Position numbers and translations under genes: made by a program
Notes under the pieces: generated by a model
The model's input: only the letters and a program-made list of their open reading frames with translations
The model's database searches: none
What the model was told of the DNA's origin: nothing
Assembly (NCBI GenBank): GCA_965222115.1
Contig: CBDCTJ010000007.1
Coordinates: 1,472,001-1,536,000 of the forward strand
Direction: 5' to 3'
Length of the DNA: 64,000 nt
From: Planctomycetota bacterium
GTDB lineage: Bacteria > Planctomycetota > PLA2 > JAEUHO01
Shown: piece after piece, positions 57,737 to 64,000 of the stretch
Layout: every line of letters begins with the position of its first letter
Position numbering within the stretch: the first letter of the stretch is position 1

Positions 57737-60172
57737 ATGGGTGCCATGCGTGCGTATGCACTGCTGGCGTTGATCACTTTGTTGTTGGCCCCATTGGGTG
57801 CACGGGGGTGGGCAAGCGAGACGACTGCCGTTGATGCCGTTCCGGATTCGTTTCAAGGAGGTCGCGTACCGCTGCGCATTGTCGGTGGGCACCTCGTCGT
57901 TCGCTGCGACATGAGCACGCCGCAGTCGCGCATCGCCGCGCACCTGCTGGTTGATTTCGAGAATCCGTGTGGCCTCGCCCTGCACAACGCTGTGCCGCAA
58001 AAGGAAGGGCTCGCGATTGATAAGTACGGTCACCCGATCACGCTCCACTTCCCCGGATTTCGAATCGTGCATCGTGACGGGTATTCCCTCGGCACGCGCC
58101 TTTACGATCAACTCACCAAAGACTACGCAGTTGAGCTTGGCGAGACGGCCATCGTAGGCACGCTCGGTGCCGAGTTCTTGAGTCGCTATCACATCGTCTT
58201 GGACGTTGGCAATGGGTACATGGAACTCTCGGCTCCCAAGGCTGTACCGACCACGACCAGCAAAGACGACGCGAAAGAGACCCATGAAAACGAAGGAGCG
58301 AGGCCCGTGGGGGAGCCGCTTGCCGATGATGAGGTCGAGTTCTCGCTTATGGGCCATACGGCATGGTTGCCTGCCCGCTTGGACGGACGCAAGATCGGCG
58401 CACTGCTCGTGGGCACGGCCCACACCGATTCCCGTCTCGCACCATTCGTAACTCGCATGCGCCGCAAGAACAAAGACGCCGCATTGGCCGTGGGAGCCTT
58501 GTCGCTCGACGAGCTCGGCGAGTTTCTCGTGGGGGAACCGGTCGATTACCACCCCGATCGCGCGGTAGGTGTGATGGGTCTTAATCACCTGCGACACATA
58601 CGCCTCGAACTCGACTATGCGCGGCGCCGCGCGCGTCTGGGTGTCTCGCGCCCGCCCAAGAATCGTGACGCCGAGCGCGACTACTTCCGTGCAATTCGCG
58701 CAGAGACTCCGGATGCGTGGTTGGCGTTTCTCGCTGCACATCCCAAGTCGCCGCGTCGTGCACGTGCCGCCGAGTATTTGGTGGAAGCACTCAAGTCGTG
58801 GGGCACCGACGATCCGAAGCAGCTCACCGCAGCCGTGAAGCACTACGCCGAGACGCGCGATGTCAAGCGTCGCACGTCGCGGCTCTACGATCTCATGCGT
58901 GAGTTTCGAGAGCTGGGTTGGAACGACGCCGCGATCAAGGCAGGCGAAGCCGGACTCAAAAAGGGCGCCAAAGACTTAGATCCAAATGCGATTCATAAGA
59001 TCCACGCTGTGCTCGGTGAGATGCAGCTCGCTAAGGACGATGGCAAGAAGGCGTGGAAGCATTTGCTTTCCGCTGCGTTTGGTATGCCCGAAGACGGACT
59101 GGTAAATCTTCTTCTCGGTCGCTTTTACGAATCCAAGGGCCTCCATCGCCGCGCGTTTAGTCGCTACATTCAGGCCACAACCGATGCGGCCAGTGGGCCG
59201 CAAGCGTTGGTTGCGCTTGAGGCATTGCAAAGACGAACCGGCAAGACCATGCGACTGTCGGCCGACACCATCGAGCGCGCAACAGCAGGCAAAGTGAAAG
59301 GGTTCGGTGCGCCCGACGAGTTTGAAGCCGATGAAAAGACCGACACCAATCGCTGTGTGTTGCTTGAAAACTTTACATGTGCCCACGGGCGGCCCACCGG
59401 CGACTGGGTCATCGACGGTGTATTGACGCACTATCCTCGTAAGCGCGTAGCGGTCGTATCGCATCACCTTCCCAACCCCGCGATGGAACCGCTCATCACA
59501 AAGCTTGGCGAAGCGCGCGCCGCGTTTTACGAAAACGATGCTAGCGGGATTGCCATCCTCAATGGAGAGCGACCGTTACGCATTGGGGGGCGTCCTCGCG
59601 AAGTTGCCAAGATTTACGCCGCGCTCAAGCCCATCGTGAGCGAGCCGCTTGCCGACGCTTCGAAGTACACGTTCGAAGTCAAAGCAACGGTAGACACGGA
59701 ACGCGAAGGCGGGCCCGCGGTTGTGGGCAGCGTTACGCTGAAGGGGCCAAAAGCCAACAACTTGCGTGTTCACATTCTGTTGGTTGAACAGGGCGTAGTC
59801 TTTCCGGGTCGCAGCAAGGTCATTGTCCATCGCATGGTGGCGCGGACACACCTCACGGAGCAGATTCACGGTGATGCCTATAAGCCCGAGGGGAAGGCAA
59901 ACGAGCAGTCGTTTTCCTTCGACAAGGCGCTGGCGCCTGTGGGCGAGGCGTGCGAAGCGTATGTCGCGTCACAAAAAGAGCGTGGCGCGGTGGTGTCGTG
60001 GCGCCATGAGCTCGACCCCGAGCAGCTTCAGATCGTTGCCTTTGTGCAGGACGCGCAAAGTCGCGCCGTGTTGCAGGCCGTTCACTACGAAATGAATGTG
60101 GAGACGAAGAAAGCACGTACCAAAGTCGATGCCAATGACGACGAGAAGAGCGGGGACGCGAACGACCAGTGA
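57737..60172 (+). CDS. Exported multidomain protein: degenerate retropepsin-like domains, TPR-like helices, Omp28/thioredoxin-like C-terminus
   Basis: VPLRIVGGHLVV, LLVDFE, GTLGAEFLSRYHIVLD, GVMGLNHL; WKHLLSAAFG; VLLENFTCAH, VVSHHLP, IVAFVQD...VLQA. Confidence 0.7.
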   Translation: MGAMRAYALLALITLLLAPLGARGWASETTAVDAVPDSFQGGRVPLRIVGGHLVVRCDMSTPQSRIAAHLLVDFENPCGLALHNAVPQKEGLAIDKYGHPITLHFPGFRIVHRDGYSLGTRLYDQLTKDYAVELGETAIVGTLGAEFLSRYHIVLDVGNGYMELSAPKAVPTTTSKDDAKETHENEGARPVGEPLADDEVEFSLMGHTAWLPARLDGRKIGALLVGTAHTDSRLAPFVTRMRRKNKDAALAVGALSLDELGEFLVGEPVDYHPDRAVGVMGLNHLRHIRLELDYARRRARLGVSRPPKNRDAERDYFRAIRAETPDAWLAFLAAHPKSPRRARAAEYLVEALKSWGTDDPKQLTAAVKHYAETRDVKRRTSRLYDLMREFRELGWNDAAIKAGEAGLKKGAKDLDPNAIHKIHAVLGEMQLAKDDGKKAWKHLLSAAFGMPEDGLVNLLLGRFYESKGLHRRAFSRYIQATTDAASGPQALVALEALQRRTGKTMRLSADTIERATAGKVKGFGAPDEFEADEKTDTNRCVLLENFTCAHGRPTGDWVIDGVLTHYPRKRVAVVSHHLPNPAMEPLITKLGEARAAFYENDASGIAILNGERPLRIGGRPREVAKIYAALKPIVSEPLADASKYTFEVKATVDTEREGGPAVVGSVTLKGPKANNLRVHILLVEQGVVFPGRSKVIVHRMVARTHLTEQIHGDAYKPEGKANEQSFSFDKALAPVGEACEAYVASQKERGAVVSWRHELDPEQLQIVAFVQDAQSRAVLQAVHYEMNVETKKARTKVDANDDEKSGDANDQ

Positions 60173-61737
60173 CAGAGCGACCAACCTCCACGGCCACCGT
60201 CCATCCGGATGACATTCGCAGCGACCTCAATGGGCTTGTGTCGCGCGTGCGCACGGTTCGTACGCAGCGGCGCCTGGGCAATGCGCTGCGCCAATCGTGG
60301 AAGATGTCGGCATGGTGGTTGCTGGTTGGGCCTGTGTTGTTGGCTCTCGGAACATGGTTATCGCTTTGGGATCCGCCAACGTGGCCGTGGATTGCCGCGT
60401 CGGCCCTTGGGCCATTCGTACTCGATGTCATTCAGGGCCTAGTGATTGCGTCGCGCGTCCGCGAATCGCGTGAGACATGCCTGAGTATCGTGGACTTGCA
60501 GTGTGGGCTTAAAGATCGACTCGTGAGTGCCGACGAGTTCCTTCATGAATCCCAGGCGCGCGATGAATCGACGCCTTCGACCGAATCTCTGCGACACGCA
60601 TTTGCGACTGCTGCCTTGCACGACGCCGTTCCTTATCTCGACGTGGCCAAGCGCCATGAGATTGAGCCGCAGGCCCGCGTGAAGGGTGGTTCCCGTTGGT
60701 TGCTCGCGCTTCCCTTACTAGGAGCCCTCGCAGCCCTGTGGACCTTGCAGCAGGAGTCGAGCACGCCCACGCCGTCTAAGGATGTGGCTGTCGTGAGTCC
60801 ACCACCGAATCAGGTGTCGAACGACGAGCCGCGCAAATCGCCGAGTGACACCCACGCCACACCGCCGAAAGACCCCAAGCGCGAGGATCCATCCAAGTCG
60901 CCGAGTCTCAAAGAACGCGATGCGTCCGCGGCGGAAAAGAACTCCGTCGAAGACAAGAAACAACCTGCGAGCAAAGAAGAGCTTCGCGCCATGGAGTCCG
61001 AAGCACGAGCCGGTGCATCGGCCGACGCATTGACGCGTGCTCGACCCAGCACGTCGCTTGGCAACCCCAGCGAGCATGCAGAGAAGGCCAAGCGTGTTCC
61101 GCAAAAGCCGAAGAAGAGCAAGGTCAAGTCCAAACCAGTCGCGGAAGTGAAGAAGCCTCCTTCCAAGCGTCCCGAGAAGCCTGAGCAAGCGGGTGCCACG
61201 GCCGGTCGCGGCTCGTCGAAGGGAAGCAAGAGCAACCCAATCGCCAATCCGTGGTCGAGTAAAGATCAGGCGCCGGATGAAAAGTCGGACGACCTTGAGT
61301 TTGATGAAGACGTGGACGACGAGTTTGACGACTCCGATAGCCGCGGGGGGATGCAACCCAACTTACGCGATCGGCGACCGCCTGTGAATCGTGATCTTGG
61401 CATTGGCTTTGGCAACAAGCCCAACCCCGATGCCAATGGACGCGGCGGTCCCGGGCAACGCAAAAAGTCGCGCGGCACGGCGTCGCTTATTCTTGGCGTG
61501 CCCATTCCAGATCACGTGAAGGGTTTGTCCGGTCCCGGCACAACGAAGGTTACGCACGAACGCACCCGGCCCATGCCCGAGCGCGTGGGACCCCTCGACG
61601 CGCGGGCCGGCACACGCCGCTCTGCGCCCACAGGCTTTGCCTGGCAACCTGCGCTCGCACCGTGGTCGCGCGCATTGATTCGACAGTTTTTTGCTCGTTC
61701 CGATACGCCGAACGCGGCGTCCCCGAGTGAGGAGTAA
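60169..61737 (+). CDS. Membrane protein with long charged low-complexity region (MoxR-cluster associated)
   Basis: Several N-terminal TM segments, GLKDRLVSADEF, K/S/P-rich linker; GTGA overlap with the previous gene. Confidence 0.7.
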   Translation: MTERPTSTATVHPDDIRSDLNGLVSRVRTVRTQRRLGNALRQSWKMSAWWLLVGPVLLALGTWLSLWDPPTWPWIAASALGPFVLDVIQGLVIASRVRESRETCLSIVDLQCGLKDRLVSADEFLHESQARDESTPSTESLRHAFATAALHDAVPYLDVAKRHEIEPQARVKGGSRWLLALPLLGALAALWTLQQESSTPTPSKDVAVVSPPPNQVSNDEPRKSPSDTHATPPKDPKREDPSKSPSLKERDASAAEKNSVEDKKQPASKEELRAMESEARAGASADALTRARPSTSLGNPSEHAEKAKRVPQKPKKSKVKSKPVAEVKKPPSKRPEKPEQAGATAGRGSSKGSKSNPIANPWSSKDQAPDEKSDDLEFDEDVDDEFDDSDSRGGMQPNLRDRRPPVNRDLGIGFGNKPNPDANGRGGPGQRKKSRGTASLILGVPIPDHVKGLSGPGTTKVTHERTRPMPERVGPLDARAGTRRSAPTGFAWQPALAPWSRALIRQFFARSDTPNAASPSEE

Positions 61738-61739
61738 GC

Positions 61740-62741
61740 ATGAGCACCGCCGTAGACCAGGCTCACACAGCCGCGTCCGAATTCAAATCCGTCCACGCGG
61801 CCATACGCGAACAGGTGTGTCGCGTCATGGTGGGCCAAGACGATGTGATTGACGGCGTGCTCACCGCATTGTTTGCCGGCGGCCATGTGTTGCTCGAAGG
61901 TGTACCGGGACTTGGAAAGACGATGCTCGTACGCGCACTGGGTCGCGCGCTCAATCTCAAGTTCTCGCGCATTCAGTTCACACCCGACATGATGCCCGCT
62001 GATATTCAGGGGACGCATGTGTTGTCGGATCGTGGCGATGGCACCCAGGAGCTCACCTTTCAAGAAGGTCCGCTGGTTGCGAACTTGATCCTGGCCGATG
62101 AAATCAATCGCGCCACACCCAAGACGCAGAGCGCGCTGCTCGAGGCCATGCAAGAGGGGCAGATCAGCGTCGGCAAGCGCACGATTACCCTTGAGCAGCC
62201 CTTTGTCGTAATGGCCACGCAGAACCCGGTTGAGCAAGAGGGCACCTATCCACTGCCCGAAGCACAGCTCGACCGCTTCCTGTTCAAGCTCATTGTGGGC
62301 TATCCCAAGGAAGAGGAGTACCGCGAGATCCTAAAGCGCACCACCGGTGCGAGCGAACCCGAAGTAAACGCGGTCTGCGACGGCGAGACTATTATGAACA
62401 TGCGCAAGGTCGTGCGGGAAGTGCCTGTGGCCGATGCCGTGCAGGCCTATGCTGTGCGTCTGGTACTGGCAACCCAACCCAGTCACGGCACGGCCCACGA
62501 GCAAGTGCGCAAGAACGTGTCGCTGGGCAGTAGTCCACGCGGTGCACAGGGTCTCTTGTTGGCAGCCAAAGTCGCCGCGCTACTCGACGGTCGCTTTGCG
62601 GTGAGCACCGACGACATTAGGGCGGTTGCACGTCCTGTGTTGCGCCATCGCGTACTGCTCAACTTTGGTGGCCAGTCCGAGGGCCTTACGTCGGACGCGA
62701 TTCTTGAGCACGTTATCGCGGGTGTTCGCGCCGAGTCGTAG
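61740..62741 (+). CDS. MoxR-family AAA+ ATPase
   Basis: GHVLLEGVPGLGKT, RIQFTPDMMPAD, LADEINRATPKTQSALLEAM, ATQNPVEQEGTYPLPEAQLDRF. Confidence 0.97.
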   Translation: MSTAVDQAHTAASEFKSVHAAIREQVCRVMVGQDDVIDGVLTALFAGGHVLLEGVPGLGKTMLVRALGRALNLKFSRIQFTPDMMPADIQGTHVLSDRGDGTQELTFQEGPLVANLILADEINRATPKTQSALLEAMQEGQISVGKRTITLEQPFVVMATQNPVEQEGTYPLPEAQLDRFLFKLIVGYPKEEEYREILKRTTGASEPEVNAVCDGETIMNMRKVVREVPVADAVQAYAVRLVLATQPSHGTAHEQVRKNVSLGSSPRGAQGLLLAAKVAALLDGRFAVSTDDIRAVARPVLRHRVLLNFGGQSEGLTSDAILEHVIAGVRAES

Positions 62742-62788
62742 CGCGCGTCTTCGCAATGTGAAATCGCGATGCCATTGGAGAGTAGGTA

Positions 62789-63673
62789 GTGCAGGCTAAC
62801 GAGCTGTTCGATGCCGAATTCATGGCCGCCGTGTCGCGGTTGCGCATCATTGCACGCCGCGTTCCGCGAGGAGGTCGTCCCGCGGAGCAGCGTTCGCAAA
62901 AGCTCGGTAGCGGCATGGAGTTTCGCGACTTTCGCCCATATGTAGCGGGCGACGACATTCGTTCCATTGATTGGAATATCTATCGACGTCTCGGCAAGGT
63001 GGTGTTGCGGCTGTTCGAAGAGCAAGAAGACTTGCCGCTCTACCTGCTTCCCGATACGTCGGGCAGCATGGCGTTGGAGTCACCGCCGCGGGCCCACGCA
63101 GCATTGCGCGCCACGCTCGCGCTTGCCGCCGTTGGCCTAGGCCAGCACGATTCCGTTGGCGTCTATCCCTTTGCCGATCGCCCCATTACGCCGTTGCGAC
63201 TCGGCGCGGGCGGTCGTCGCATCTACCGCGTAGCCGACTACCTTGCGGGACTAACGCACGAAGGCGGAACCGAATTGGTCGACGCGGTTAGGCGCTTTGC
63301 GAGTTTCCGTATGCGGCGTGGGCTCCTTGTTTTGGTGTCGGACTTTTTCGATGACCGCGGCATTGAGGCCATCACAGAAGCTCTTGGCGTCGTTCGACAC
63401 AAGCTCGTATTGATTCAGTTGGTTCGGGAAGGAGATCGCGAACCCGCCATGCGCGGCGACGTACGTCTCGTCGACTGCGAAGCGGGCGATGCGCAAGATG
63501 TGGCAATCACATCCGATGTCTTGAAGCGCTACCGCGAGGCCTACGATCACTTTTCGCGCGGCCTTACGGAGTTCGCAACACGACGAAACGCGGGCCTGCT
63601 CCGCCTCAACGCCGACGACGACGTTGTCGAGCAGCTAGCCGAACTCTTCGCGGGCGGGAGGATTCACGCATGA
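62789..63673 (+). CDS. DUF58 (vWA-like) protein
   Basis: GSGMEFRDFRPYVAGDDIRSIDWN, DTSGSM, LVSDF. Confidence 0.93.
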   Translation: MQANELFDAEFMAAVSRLRIIARRVPRGGRPAEQRSQKLGSGMEFRDFRPYVAGDDIRSIDWNIYRRLGKVVLRLFEEQEDLPLYLLPDTSGSMALESPPRAHAALRATLALAAVGLGQHDSVGVYPFADRPITPLRLGAGGRRIYRVADYLAGLTHEGGTELVDAVRRFASFRMRRGLLVLVSDFFDDRGIEAITEALGVVRHKLVLIQLVREGDREPAMRGDVRLVDCEAGDAQDVAITSDVLKRYREAYDHFSRGLTEFATRRNAGLLRLNADDDVVEQLAELFAGGRIHA

Positions 63674-64000
63674 CGTCCGTGACCCCCGTAGCGTTGCAGT
63701 TTCTAACGTTTCCCTGGTGGGGGGTGCTGCTGGGCCTTGCGGGCATAGCCGCGCTGTTGTTCGTGTTGCACCGTCTTCGCATTCGTTTTCGCGAAGAGGT
63801 CGTACCCACCACTATGTTTTGGAAGCGCGCCCTGGATGAACGCCAGGCGCGTGTGCTCATGCAGCGCTTCCGCCACCCGTGGACGTATGTCTTGGCGACA
63901 TGCATCGCGTCTTTGTTGTGGTTGGCGGCGTCGCGGCCAGCGAGTGACAACACGATCACACATGCGGACGCAGTCGTTCTTTGGGATACTTCGGCGAATG
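63670..64000 (+). CDS. BatA-like double-TM / vWA protein, 5' part (runs off the right edge of the window)
   Basis: Manual translation MTSVTPVALQFLTFPWWGVLLGLAGIAALLFVLHRLRIRFREEVVPTTMFWKR...SRP...VVLWDTSAN (start of a MIDAS-like motif); ATGA overlap with DUF58. Confidence 0.82.
   Translation, partial: MTSVTPVALQFLTFPWWGVLLGLAGIAALLFVLHRLRIRFREEVVPTTMFWKRALDERQARVLMQRFRHPWTYVLATCIASLLWLAASRPASDNTITHADAVVLWDTSAN

Overview
A GC-rich bacterial chromosomal window. The gene content and protein style (ECF/anti-sigma pairs, a HEAT-repeat protein, a kinase-FGE fusion, a MoxR/vWA cluster, ribosomal proteins with long tails) suggest a diderm of the Planctomycetota/PVC type; this is inference only. Positions 1-40 kb are mostly housekeeping: PP2C, ECF sigma and anti-sigma, recG, HEAT protein, SLT, rho, coaE, tatC, ychF-like, cinA, tRNA-Gln, glmU-prs-rplY-pth, rpsF-rpsR-rplI, dnaB, bamA-skp-lpxC/fabZ-lpxA-gnnA-like, rpsB-tsf-pyrH-frr. 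Positions 40-64 kb are accessory. They carry an NLR/STAND-like NTPase with six near-identical 129-bp repeats that vary at fixed codons, a sigma2/anti-sigma fusion lacking sigma4, a four-PDZ HtrA with a pseudo-protease neighbour, and a Phd/RelE-ParE TA module bracketed by direct and inverted repeats. They also carry a pirin with a Tat-like signal and an exported protein whose apparent TGA stop (Cys-Thr-UGA, followed by a SECIS-like hairpin and 38 more sense codons) may encode selenocysteine; this gene lies upstream of the MoxR-DUF58-BatA/vWA cluster. All calls come from reading motifs by eye, no database searches were run, and start codons are best estimates.
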